A stretch of DNA of 64,000 nt, taken from NCBI GenBank assembly GCA_038087875.1, contig CM075991.1, positions 5,828,001-5,892,000 on the forward strand, read 5' to 3'. The notes under the pieces were generated by a model. It searched no databases. It was not told the DNA's origin and worked only from the letters and a program-made list of their open reading frames with translations. How positions within the stretch are numbered: position 1 is the first letter of the stretch; each line of letters begins with the position of its first letter. Position numbers and translations under genes: made by a program. Below, in pieces: positions 38,251 to 51,000 of the stretch. Origin of the DNA: Malacoraja senta (taxonomy: Eukaryota).

Positions 38251-39053
38251 ATCCAAACCACATTTGTCTCATCTGCAAACTTTCTAATCTTGCCATGTAC
38301 ATTCTCATACTGTAATGTATATACATGCGAAACAGAAATGGGCCAAGCATAGCACTCTGAGGCACACCACGGGCCTCCAGTCCGAGAAACAACCTTCCAC
38401 TATTACCCTCTGTTTCCTTCCATGAAGCCAATTGTCTATACATCCGGTTATTTTTCCTTGAATCCCATGCGATCTAACCTTCCAAAGCAGCTTATCATGT
38501 GGAACTTTGTCAAATGTTTTGCTGAAGTCCAAATACACTGTATACAACATCTGCAGCTCTGCCCTCGTCAACATTTTTGGTCGCATCTTAAAATATGAAT
38601 ATTTCCTATCCTGTGTAACCTATCCCTCAGAATGCTCTCTAGTAACTTTGCAACTGCAGATGTTAAGTTCACTGGCATGTAGTTCCCAGAATTTTCCATC
38701 TTTCCTTTCTTGAGAGCTAAACTCCCCACGTGATTTCTTTTAACAGCCGCTCCGTATTCCTCACAAGTGATTCCAATATCTGCTTGGATGTGTTGATATC
38801 ATTGGAAGTCAGGAATTGCATCCATTGGTTAATTAGCATCGTCAGTGACTGTTGATCCTACGAATAATAACTTCCGAGTGGCAAGATGGTGGCGTGAATC
38901 ATTCCTTTCAAGGAAGACGTATGTCTAACGTTACTTCCCAAACTAAGATCCTTATTGTTAAAGAAGGAACTGCAGATGCTGGAAAATCGAAGGTACACAA
39001 AAATGCTGGAGAAACTCAGCGGGTGCAGCAGCATCTATGGAGCGAAGGAAATA

Positions 39054-39088
39054 GGTAACGTTTCGGGCCGAAACCCTTCTTCAGACTG
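39054..39088 (-). ncRNA. Minimal hammerhead-ribozyme-like motif (mirror copy)
   Basis: Reverse complement of the motif at 39477-39512. Confidence 0.6.
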
Positions 39089-39476
39089 ATAGGGGGTGGG
39101 GAGAAGAAAGGAAAAAAGGAAAAGGAGGAGGAGGAGCCCGAGGGCTGGGGGGGGGGAGGAGACAACCAGATGGCTGATGAAGGGGAGGGGACAGCCAGGG
39201 CTAGCAGAATTGGGAGAATTCAACGTTCAGGCCAACAGGATGTAGACTGCCCAAGCGGAATATGAGGTGCATTTCCTCCAATTTACGGTGTTGCTCGCTG
39301 TGGCCATGGAGGAGAAAGTCTACATCCTGTTGGCCTGAACGTTGAATTCTCCCAATTCTGCTAGCCCTGGCTGTCCCCTCCCCTTCATCAGCCATCTGGT
39401 TGTCTCCTCCCCTCCCCCAGCCCTCGGGCTCCTCCTCCTCCTTTTCCTTTTTTCCTTTCTTCTCCCCACCCCCTAT

Positions 39477-39512
39477 CAGTCTGAAGAAGGGTTTCGGCCC
39501 GAAACGTTACCT
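39477..39512 (+). ncRNA. Minimal hammerhead-ribozyme-like motif
   Basis: CUGAAGA-A-GGG(uuucgg)CCC-GAAA-CGUU: both core boxes, stem II and a palindromic AACGUU stem III. Stem I is weak. Confidence 0.6.
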
Positions 39513-39991
39513 ATTTCCTTCGCTCCATAGATGCTGCTGCACCCGCTGAGTTTCTCCAGCATTTTTGTGTACCTAAGATCCTTATTGCTTGATTTGACTA
39601 AATCACACTGTGCAACTAATGTTATTAATGTTACATATTTGAAGTTCATTGTTCAGGTTAGAAATAATATTGTTCGCAGGAATAATTACATTTAAGAAAC
39701 CTTTAACCTTGAGTCACAGAAATAGAGTTTTCAACATTCCCTTTTATAAAATGTGACAAAAACATTAAAATTAACAGTTCGTGTAATCCCTCGAAGACAG
39801 AAATTCCTTGCGCAATGAAAAAAAACAGTTACGGTTGATGTTTGTTAAGTGGGCTGAGGGTGATGTGCCAGAGGTCACGCTAATTGTCTCAGAGTAATGT
39901 CCTCTTTTGTATAAATCTGTGCTAAATCAATCACCACTACAGATGGACAGTTGGAAAGTTATGTGTGATTGTTCGCTGCTTCACATGGAAG

Positions 39992-41951
39992 ATGGAATAT
40001 CCAGCAATTTACTGCATAGCCGCCACTTTCTACCCTGTACTTGTGGCGGTCAGTATTCCTGGTAAGATACTGGGACCAGTACGTTTAGTTTTGTACAGAA
40101 AAACTGCGCGGAAAGAGGCCCTTCGATCAACCGAGTCCGCGCCAACCAGCAATCCCCGCACACTGACGGCACACGCTACGGACAATTTTCAATTGTACCA
40201 ACCCAATCAGCATACAAACCTGTGCATCTTTGGAGTGTGGGCGGATACCGGAGATCCCGGAGAAAACCCAATAAGATCGCGGGGAGAATGTACAAACTCC
40301 GTGCAGGATCAAACCCGGGTGGTTGGCGCTGTCAGGCAGCACATTTAATGCTGCGCACCGTGCCGTACTGCGTGCAGTTCTCCTTCCTTTCTGTATCTGC
40401 TACTCTGAAGAATAGTCGCTTTGATACCCAGCCCACATGCTACCTCAGCTGACGAGTGTCTTCGGAAGGTTCAGGCTTCAGAGTCTGTTTTATTTCTGGC
40501 ATTTTTTTCTTGTTAATGTGTGGTTCTTTTGTCAATCAGGTCAGTTAATTTAGAGCTTATGTTTACATTTTTTCAGCATGTAACCGTATTCATATTGTTT
40601 CTGGTGCATATTCTTCAAGCTCTGGGTCTGATTAATACAGACTTTTCCACCAAGAGTCAGCGAATGAGACATGTATACATGTCTGTCAACATGCCTGTTG
40701 AATTATCACAACTAGCTGAAAAACCTTCCGGGTTTTCGTTCTCTGATTCATTTGCCAGTTTTGATTTTAGGGCTGTGTTTCCACTTGCTAGGTCTGATAT
40801 GCCTGAGGAGGCAGTTCTTTCTGAGTTTAATGCTCTCTGATACGAGTTCATTTCGATTGACGCAACGACTCGAAATGACTGAGGTGATCAGTGCATCGTA
40901 GACATTAGGAGGCCGGCTGTAAATTGCTGCAAATTACCGACACATCTGCCTCTTCGATCAGCACCGCGCTAAGTATTTCTCCGAACGGAAATTTAGTAAA
41001 CTGGATCAGGTTTTTGCTCATTGAAACTAACGTTTTATTTTGTTTCTTGCAGTTAATTTAACGGCGATTGTGATCCTCTCCCGGGGAAAATATGGTCTCT
41101 CCAAATGCATCACCCGTTACCAAGTGGGAATGGCAACAGCGGATCTAATGGTAGTTGTCATTGTTGCTGCCATTGAACAAGTTAATAACATATACGTTTA
41201 CGCTAGTTCCTTGCTCATTACACCGGTTTGCGCTCTGACACTAATACTAAGGGTTGTAACAATCGATTGTTCCATTTGGTTCGCCGTCAGTTTCACTTGC
41301 GATCGTTTTATGGCGATCTGTTGTCAAAAGCTACGTGAGCGCTACAGCACCGAGAGAGCAGCCTGTGTGATTATGGTGACTGTGGCTGTCGTCAGCTGCG
41401 CCCGATCGTTTCCCTTTTACTTTGCCGTGGAGCCTTCTGTCATAATTGACAATGTGCCTTGGCGTTGCGTCTTCTCAGAGGAGTACGCCACTTTGTCGGT
41501 ATGGAAAGGTTATGATTTACTTGACAGCATCTTAGCACCGTTGTTACTTATCGGTTTAAACCTGTTGTTCAATGGGTTAACTTCCAGACATATCATAGCG
41601 GCCAATAGAGTTCGCAGACGACTTCGGAACAGCCATGAGAACCAGAAGGATACAGAGGTGGAGAACCGGAGGAAATCGATGATTTTGCTCTTCGCTGTAT
41701 CAGGCAATTTCATATTATTTTCGATACCCAATGTGGTTCATTCTCTGACATGGTAAACACGTAATTTCTTTTACACGGATAGATATTTGAGCAGCTCGGT
41801 ATATATCCTGCAGCAGTTTGGATTTATGTTGCAGATTGGCAGTATGTGCACAAACACGTGTATCTATAAACTGACACAGAGGAAATTCAGGGACCAGCTG
41901 AAGAGTGGAGTGAAATATCTACTCACATTGAATGGCCAATTATGTAGTTGA
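39992..41951 (+). pseudogene. GPR139/GPR142-like GPCR pseudogene: join(39992-40061, 41053-41951)
   Basis: Same exon sizes (70 and 899 nt) and splice sites as the intact copy. CAA>TAA at 41754-41756 removes ECL3/TM7; also FWIPY>FSIPN and L>Q near TM2. Confidence 0.9.
40084..40365 (-). mobile_element. V-SINE (HE1-like) in intron of GPCR pseudogene
   Basis: Same position and sequence as 22938-23223, so the insertion predates the gene duplication. Confidence 0.8.
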
Positions 41952-42177
41952 CGTGTAACTCTGATAGCAACTTGGATGAAATTTCAAATAAATGTATTTT
42001 ACAATTCGTACCTTCGGTAAAATACCATAAAGTCAATGCAGGCGTGCGCTTGAGAACCGAGAGCTCGGTATACTCACGTCACGATATTGGTCACGTTTGG
42101 AAAGTGTGGACACATTCTACGTGTTGCAGTTGTGATGTTGCATTGGTAGAATTATATTCCAAACCACTGGATCTTTC

Positions 42178-45100
42178 TTAAATATTTTATTTTATTAGAA
42201 GTAAGTACAGTCATATGGCACCAAAGTGCCTAATATATATTTGCATAATACATTTTATGTACATCTTCTTATTTTTTTAAATTATAATAAAGAAGAACAA
42301 GAAAAATAAATTAGATAATAAAGAATAGAAAAACGTGAGATATATAGTGTCTGAAAAAGAATAAAATGAGAATGCAAGAAGAAAGTTGAAGAAAAGAGAA
42401 TAGGAAAAAGAGAGTAAAAAATACAAATAAAAAAGAAATAAGGAGATCATTATTTATAATCTTGACCATCCCTCACCCAGTCCTGAAACAGTTCGTTTCT
42501 ACAATTATGTTGCACCATATGATTCCAAAAAGACGACAAATGGAGACCAACTCGTTAAGAATTGGTCTGATTTTTCTATTAGGAGGAATCGCATTTCTTC
42601 AAGATGTGCGGTGTCCAACATGCTTGCGATCCACATTTTAAGCATTGGTATTGGTGTATATTTCCAAAATTTAAGTATTCGTTATTTTGCTATTATTAAA
42701 CCATAATTAAAAAATAAATGTTGAGATAAGTTCAATTTATTCCCATCTTCCATTACTCCAAATATAATCATTTCAGTATTAGGTTCCATTCTTATTGTGA
42801 ATAATTTTGTAAATATATCAAAAAATCACTCCAAAATCTATAAAGTTTTATGCAGGAAACAAAAGAGTATGTTATAGTTGCGTTTTGAGATAGACATTTA
42901 TCACAAATGGGGGATATATTTGGATGGAATTTGTTCAAACTTGTTTTTGAATAATATAATCTATGTAAAATGTTTAATTGAATTAGATTATGTCTTGCAT
43001 TAATCGAACATTTGTGTATATATATCAAATACTTATCCCATGTAACCTTCGTAATTTTTAACATTAATTCCCGTTCCCACTCTTCTCTAAGTACCTTTGT
43101 CGATGGTAAATCTATATTTAAAATACTATTATATAAATATGATATTAATTTTTGTGAGTCAGCTTTAATATTCATTGCTTCTTCCAATAAGTCAGAAGTT
43201 ACTTTTTGATATCCTTGTATGTATTTCTTCATGAAATCGCAAATCTGAAGATATTTAAAATATTGGTTATTTTTCAATTAAAATTTTAATTGTAATTGTT
43301 GGAATGATAATAGATTTCCCATTTCATACATATCCCCGGTCCTTTTAATTCCTAAACTTTCCCATTGGTTATATATTTTATCAATAAGAGATGGTTTAAA
43401 TAAAGTGTTTTTCGCTATAGGCGTTAACAATTATAAATTTCTTAATTTTAAGGATAATTTTATGTGTTTCCAAATTCTTATTGTATCGTGTATAATTGGG
43501 TTCTTCTTATATATTGTGTTGTTCAGTTTTTTCGGAGAGAAGAGGATCGTTCCTATATTACAAGGAAAACAATCCTCTTTCGCCATTGTTATCCATTCTG
43601 TCTGTTGGGTAGAACTGTCCAACCAATAAATTATATTCTTAATATGCGCTGCCCAATAATAATACAAAAAATTCGGGAGTGAGTATCCCCCGACATCTTT
43701 TGGTTTACATAAATGTTTGTTTTAAATTCTATGTGATCTATAATCCCAAATAAAATTGGTAATATTAGAGTCAAATTTTTTAAAGAAGTATTTTGGTATA
43801 TATAATGGTATAGACTGAAATAGGTATAATAATTGTGGTAGAAAGATCATTTTTATAGCATTTATTCTACCTATTAATGATAAAGAAAGTGTTTTCCAAA
43901 ATTTAATCAACATATTGAGTTTATTAGTAAAGGTATAAAATTAGCGTTGAATATTGCTTTATATTTTCTCGTAATTTGAATACCCAAATATTTTTTTTTT
44001 TCTGTTGCAATTTTAAAGGGGAACTTCAGTAAAATTCCTCTATTAAATTTAATAAATTTGGTATTCTCGTTTGTGACTTTGTAACATATAAAATTATATC
44101 ATCTGCATATAATGAAATTTTATTATTTGAGTCCCTAGTGTTGTAGCCATGAATATTCGGATGAATTCTTATACTTTCAGCCAAAGGCTCTATCATAAGG
44201 GCAAATAGCAGGGGTGATAACGCACATCCCTGCGTACTGCCCATTGATAATTGAAAATTTTAAGATAACATATTATTAGTTAATATTCTTGCCATCGGGT
44301 TATCATATAATAGTTTTAACCGTGTAATAAAATTCTCTCCCATATTAATTTTTTGCAGTACTTTATATAAGTACTGCCACTCTACCTGATCAAATGCTGT
44401 CTCTGCCACCAGAGAAATAATTGATATATCTTCTTCCTCCCTTTTATGCGAGTACATTATGTTAAACAGGCGTCTCAAATTATTAAATGAGTATCTTTTC
44501 TGTATTAACCCCGTTTGATCAGGATTTATCAGTTTACTAATATATTTGCCTAATCTTCTTGCTAAAGTCTTCTCTAAAATTTTCTGGTCTGTATTTAAAA
44601 GTGATATAGCTCTATATGAGCCCGGATCGTCTAAATCTTTATCTTTTTTGGAATAAGCGTAATAGTTGATTCTACTAATGTTTCAGGTAGTTTATTTTCT
44701 TTAAAAGCATGAGTATATAAATGAAATAAATAAGGAGTCGTTATCTCATGAATTTTTTTATAAAATTCATTACTAAAACCACCTGGTCCCAATCTTTTAC
44801 CATTTTTCAGCGATTTTATTGTTTCACCTATTTATTCAATTGCAATTTGAGCTCCAAGTTCCTCTTGTTCCAAAAGGACAAGTTTTGGAAGATTACAGTT
44901 ATGAAAAAAAAATTGTTTTACTATCTTCTATTTTAGATTTAGATGCATATAAATTTTTGATAAAATTGAGCAAATCTATTGATAATATCTTTAGGTAGTA
45001 TTAATAATTCACCTTTCTATGATTTAATTTTAGTTATAGTATTTTCCTTTTCTTGTTTTTTCAATTGACGAGCTAAAAGTTTATGTGGTTTGTCACCAAA

Positions 45101-47380
45101 CTCAAAATGTTCCTGTTGTGTAATTTGGAATAGTCTTATTACTCTTGCTGATAAAATTCGATTAAGTTTAAATTTCAGTAACATTATCTTATTATGTTTA
45201 TCTGTAGTGGAATCTTTGGCATTATCTAACTCTAACTGTCTAATTTCTTGTTCTAACAGCATTTGTTCTGTCTTATTCTTTATATTTTGAAAAATTTGAT
45301 ATGAAATTATAATTCCTCTAATAAATGCCTTTAAAGTTTCCCATAATAAAGAAGGCGAAGGACCTGGTGTATCATTTGTCGCCAAAAAAAAATAAATTGT
45401 TGTTTTAAGAATTGATAACCTTGTAAGTCATTTAAAATATGTGTATTAAACCTCCAAAAAAAGATTTTACCCGGCATTCCCTCAAATTTCACTGAAAATG
45501 TCAACGGAGAGTGATCAGAAATACCACTAATGTGGTATATTGGATTAATTGTATATGGCATTCATTTCATATCCACTAAAAAGTAATCAATTCTTGAATA
45601 AGTTTATGTACCGAAGAGTAAAACGAGTATTCCCTTCCTACTGGATTAGCAGATCTTCATACATCTGTTATATTAGTATTTTTTATATATGTATTTAGAA
45701 GTTCACTAGTCTTAGATTTTAAATTACTCCTCCTTTGTTTTACTGATTTGTCTAAGTATGGATCTAACACACAGTTGAAGTCACCCCTATTATCACATTT
45801 TGGTAATTAAACTCTAATATGATATCTATAATTTTACCAAAAAAATTGGGGGTTGTCAAAATTCGGAGCGTAAATATTGATCATAGTTAGTGGGGTTGCA
45901 TAAATTTCTCCCGAATCTATAATATACCTTCCCTCTTTATCTGATATAGTATTCTTTAATTTGAAAGGTATACCTTTTCGAATATGAATAGCCGTACCTC
46001 TAGATGTGGAAGTAAATGACGAATAGTATGTTTGACCTATCCACTTCGCCTTTAATCTCATTTGTGTTTGTTGTTTCATGTGGGTTTCCTGTAAAAACAT
46101 TATGTCGCTTTTCAAAGATTTTAGTTGAGCAAAAATGTTACCCCTCTTTATTGGTTCATTGGCACCCGTTATATTCCAACTACAGAATGTGATTCCTCCA
46201 TTCTTTATTTGTCTATCGTCTTGCATTATATATCAAAATAGTATTCCTGAATCATATGGTGCAAGCAAATACCTCAGAGTTATGGGTGTTGGGTGGTCAT
46301 CCCAAGTTTTTAGATTTATATTACATCTCCTTCTTGAAAAGTACCTTAATAAAAGAGAGAAAAAATGTGATATAAAGTTGAATACAAACAAAATAAGCAA
46401 ATACAAGTCTTTCTAGTGATTTAAAAAAAATAGTGATGTTAAGGTATCTAACAAAAGATACCTTAAAGGCAAGTAGCCACCTAAGGTGGCGAAACATTTA
46501 TGGACTTCCGTTGATGTTGTTTTACATTGAGCTCCAATCCCTTAATAAAACCTCATAAAAAGCTACAGACCGTTTCATATCTTATTTATTCTTATTTAAT
46601 TTTATCAAACTGGCACCAGTGAAAACAGAAAACATTCAGACAAAAATATTTTAAAGAATATATATATATATAAATATAAGTATATATGCCTTTCCAATTT
46701 ATCTAACCTTAATCTAGTCTAAACTTTACCATAAATGTCCACCCAAGATTCTTACGTAATTCTTACCCATCCTTTAACTACCATACAAGCAGGTACCAAG
46801 GGGTTAAACAAAACCTAATTCCTGGATCTTTTCCAGGTTTATGCTGCGCCTAACTCCTTCCCACACCAGAAAAGTAGGTTAGTAATGTTATAAACATTTT
46901 GCTTGGTTACTATTTATAAGCATATATAATTTATAAGTATATATCATTAATATTAATTCATTTCCCTTTTTGAATATATAAAATCATAATTATATACACT
47001 CCCATTATCTCCTTCCCCGTCTCATGGTTTATTCATGATTTGTTCATTTTACTACATACATTCACGAGTAATTAGTATTATTAAATTTGTTAAAATAATT
47101 GGTTAATTATAATTAGAATATAATGGTTAGATATTTTCTTAAATCAACAGTTTTTATATTCCAATTAGTATTATCTCGTTCCATGTCCATTATACATTCC
47201 CTCATTACTTCTGTATCTTCAACGTCAATTCAACGTCAACGTCAATCTTCAATGAGATGTTTTTTGTAGCCTCTTCCTGACCCTCCAATTGAACTTGAAC
47301 TAACTTATCAATGGACTTATCAAAACTTATCAAAAGACTTGGAATCTGATGAAGAATATTCAGATGAAGATCAGATGTAA
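42178..47380 (-). mobile_element. L1-clade LINE family A, degraded ORF2 through 3' UTR/A-rich tail
   Basis: EN 45834-46226; RT QGCALSPLLF and SLYADD 44026-44244; C-terminal CDKC zinc-knuckle remnant 42792-43277; A-rich tail at about 42180. No TSD found. Confidence 0.92.
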
Positions 47381-47524
47381 TGTAAACAAATAAATTGGGG
47401 AAATAAATGATTATATAAAGTTTTATTTTAATGTCGATGGTTTCACTGTTTATTTGGTCAAATTATTTAAACAATTAGTGAATTACTTGTGATCATGACG
47501 TGCTGGTGAATGACAGTGCGACAG

Positions 47525-47700
47525 TCCACCCACCCATCCATACATGCATACATACACACATCCACACACATATCCATCCGTACGTACACTTCCGTACATG
47601 CACACACACATACATTCATACATACATCCACACATCCATCCACACATCCATCCATCCACATATACATACACACTTAAATCCACACATCCACAGATACACC
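47525..47700. repeat. CA/CATC-rich low-complexity microsatellite (copy 2)
   Basis: Same tract as 3455-3745 with internal deletions. Confidence 0.9.
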
Positions 47701-48090
47701 TTTGATAGTTAATAATAATAATACATTTTATTTGTACAGCGCATTTCTTTTTTTTATTTTTTTTTATTTTATTAGAAGTTAATACAATACAAAACAATAC
47801 AGTGGCACCTAATTTGGGTGCCAACTATGTCATAACGTAATGCATTCTATGTACAACCTCTAGTTTTATGTTTTTGAAAAGGAGGTAAAAAATAAAAAAT
47901 AAAAAATAAAAAAATAGAGAAAAGAAAGTGGAAAAATAAATAGTAGAAAATAGAAAAACGTGAAGTGTGTATATAAGAAAAGAAAAAATAGAAAGTAGAA
48001 ATAGTAGAAAAAGACCCTTAAAAAAGAAAATTTCAAATCTTTGTTTGGAGATGTAAATCTATCCACGACCTGACCTGAAATCAGTAATCT

Positions 48091-51000
48091 TTACGGTACT
48101 GCTGCATCACATGATTCCAAAAAGTCGATGAAAGGGGACCAACTCCTTAAGAATTGGTCATATTTATCTATTAGGCCGAGTCTCATTTCTTCAAGGTGTG
48201 CTATGTCCGTCATATTCCTAATCAACATTTTAATAGTTGGTATAGCTGTATTTTTCCAAAATTTATGTATCAATTTCTTTCCAATTATTAACCCATAATT
48301 AAAGAATACTTTTTGGTCTTTGTTTAAATTGATATCTTCTAATATTATTCCAAATATAATCCATTCCATATTAGGTTCTATTCTTGACTTGAAGAGCTTT
48401 GTAAATATATCAAATATATCGCTCCAATTCAACTTTGTACATCCTACAAATGAATGTGTTATATTGGCATTTTGAAACAAACATTTATCGCATCTGGGAG
48501 AGACATTTGGGTAAAATTCATTCAACCTCGTTTTTGAATAATATATTCTATGTAATAATTTAAATTGAATTAAATTATGTCTTGCATTAATGGAACAATT
48601 ATGTGTATTCATCAGATACTTTTCCCATCTATCTTTCGGGATCTTTAACATTAGTTCATGTTCCCAATCTTCTCTTAGTGCCTCTGTTGAGGGTAATTCT
48701 CTATTTAATATACTATTATAAAAATATGACATTAGTTTTTCTGAATCAGCCTTAATATTCATTGCTTCTTCTAAAGGGTCTAAAAATATAGTTTGAAATC
48801 TATATATATATTTCTTCATAAAGTCACATATCTGTATATATTTAAAATATTGATTATCATTCAGTTTAAATTTTAATTTTAATTGTTGAAATGATAACAA
48901 TTTGCCCAGTTCATACATATCTCCTACTTTCCTAATCCCCAATCTATCCCATTGTTTATATGTTTTGTCGATAAGAGATGGTTTGAATGCAGGATTATTC
49001 AGAATTGGGGTTAATACTGATAGGTTATTTAATTTCAAGGATAATTTTATTTGTTTCCAAATTCTTATTGTATTGTGAATAATTATACTATTCAATTTTA
49101 TTGGTGAGAACAAGATCGTTCCTATATCATACGGGAAACACTCCTCTTTTTCCATTCTTATCCACTCCGACGGGTGAGTTGAACTATCCAACCAGTACAT
49201 TATGTTCTTAATATGCACTGCCCAGTAGTAATACGTAAAGTTAGGTAGTGATAAACCCCCAGCTTCTTTAGGTTTACACAAATGCTTTCGTTCAATTCTG
49301 TGTGCTCTATAATTAGTGATATTAGAATCTAGTTTTTTGAAAAAATATTTCGGAATATATATTGGGATCGCTTGAAACAAATATATTAATTGTGGTAAGA
49401 AAGTCATTTTTATAGCGTTAATTCTACCTATCAATGAGAGTGGGAGCGTTTTCCAAAATTTAATCATAACATTCAATTTATTTAATAGTGGCATAAAATT
49501 GGCGCTAAATAATGATTTGTGTCTTCTCGTAATTTGAATACCTAAATACTTGAATTTTTCTGTTGCAATTTTGAAAGGGAATTTTAATAAGTGTCTCGCA
49601 TCCTATGGTTTTAAAGACATGATTTCGCTTTTATTCCAATTTATTCTATATCCTGAAAAAGAACCAAATTCCTCAATTAGTGTTAATAAGGTGGGAATAC
49701 CCGTTTGTGTATTAGTAATATATAAAAGAATATGATCAGCATATAATGAAATTTTATTCTTTGAGTCCTTGGTGTTATAACCATGAATATTCGGATGATT
49801 TCTAATCCTTTCAGCCAGCGGTTCTATCATAAGGGCAAATAGCAATGGTGATAAGGCACAACCCTGCCTATTACCCCTTGATAAATAAAAATTTGAAGAT
49901 AACATATTGTTAGTTAATATTCTTGCCGTAGGTTTATCATAAAGTAGTTTAACCCATCTAATAAAATTTTCTCCCGTATTAAATTTTTCGAGTACCTTAT
50001 ATAAATACTGCCATTCTACCTGATCAAATGCCTTCTCTGCATCCAGCGTAACGACTGAAATATCTTCAATGTCCTCTTTGTGAGAGTTCATTATATTGAA
50101 AAGCCTTCTCAAGTTATTAAATGGTTGTCTTTTGGGTATAAATCCCGTTTGATCCGGGTTTACCAATTTATTAATATAATTATTCAGTCTTCTTGCTAGA
50201 ATCTTTGCTAAAATTTTCTGATCCGTATTTAAAAGTGATATAGCTCTGTAAGAACCCGGTTCATCTAAATCTTTATCTTTTTTTGGTACAAGCGTTATTG
50301 TTGATTCTGCTAAAGTTTCTGGTAGTTTATTTTCGGTATAAGCCTGCGTGTATAAGTTGAGTAATCTTGGTACAAGTGACTCCTGAAAGCGTTTATAAAA
50401 TTCATTACTAATACCATCTGGTCCTGGGGTCTTCCCAATTTTCAATTAGTTTATTATTTGTTTTATTTCTTCACTTATTATTATTATTATGTTATTATTT
50501 TTTATATAAGTATTTAAAAATTCACAGGTCTTAGTTTTAACTAGACGCTTCCCTACCTTTATTGATTTATCTAAGTATGGATCTATAACACAATTAAAAT
50601 CTCCCCCCATTATAATATTTTGATAATTATGCTCTGCAATTATATCTAGTATTTTCTTAAAAAATTGGGGATTATCAAAATTAGGCGCATAAATATTTAT
50701 CATAGTTAATGGTGTATTGTAAATTTCTCCCGTGACTATAACGTATCTTCCCTCTTTATCAGATATGGACTTCTTTAATTTAAAAGGTATACCTTTCCGA
50801 ATTATAATGACCGTGCCTCTTGCTTTAGAAGTGAATGAGGAGTAGTAGGTTTGACCTATCCAGTTTGCCCTTAATCTGATCTGCGTTTGTTGTTTCAAAT
50901 GCGTTTCTTGTAGGAAAGCAATATCAATGTTTAATGATTTTAATTGTGCCAGAATTTTACCCCTCTTAATTGGCTCATTCGCACCTCTAATGTTCCAACT

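Larger units (their letters stand above)
38958..39572. mobile_element. Penelope-like element, 5'-truncated with inverted pseudo-LTR (palindrome)
   Basis: 15-bp TSD ctaagatccttattg at 38943-38957 and 39573-39587. Arms 38991-39248 and 39317-39574. The minus strand encodes a GIY-YIG-type C-terminus RKLEEMHLIFRLGSLHPVGLNVEF. Confidence 0.88.
38248..42176 (+). repeat. Duplicate of GPCR unit 22302-25027
   Basis: Upstream CR1 relic, promoter, both exons, intron with SINE and 3' flank all align up to ccactggatcttt. About 1.2 kb extra at 38432-39635. Confidence 0.95.

Noticed and set aside
38991..39574. Palindrome as a fold-back sequencing artefact
   Set aside because: It is bounded by a 15-bp TSD, the arms differ slightly in the G/C run, the loop is coherent coding sequence, and a second independent example exists at 19812-19960.
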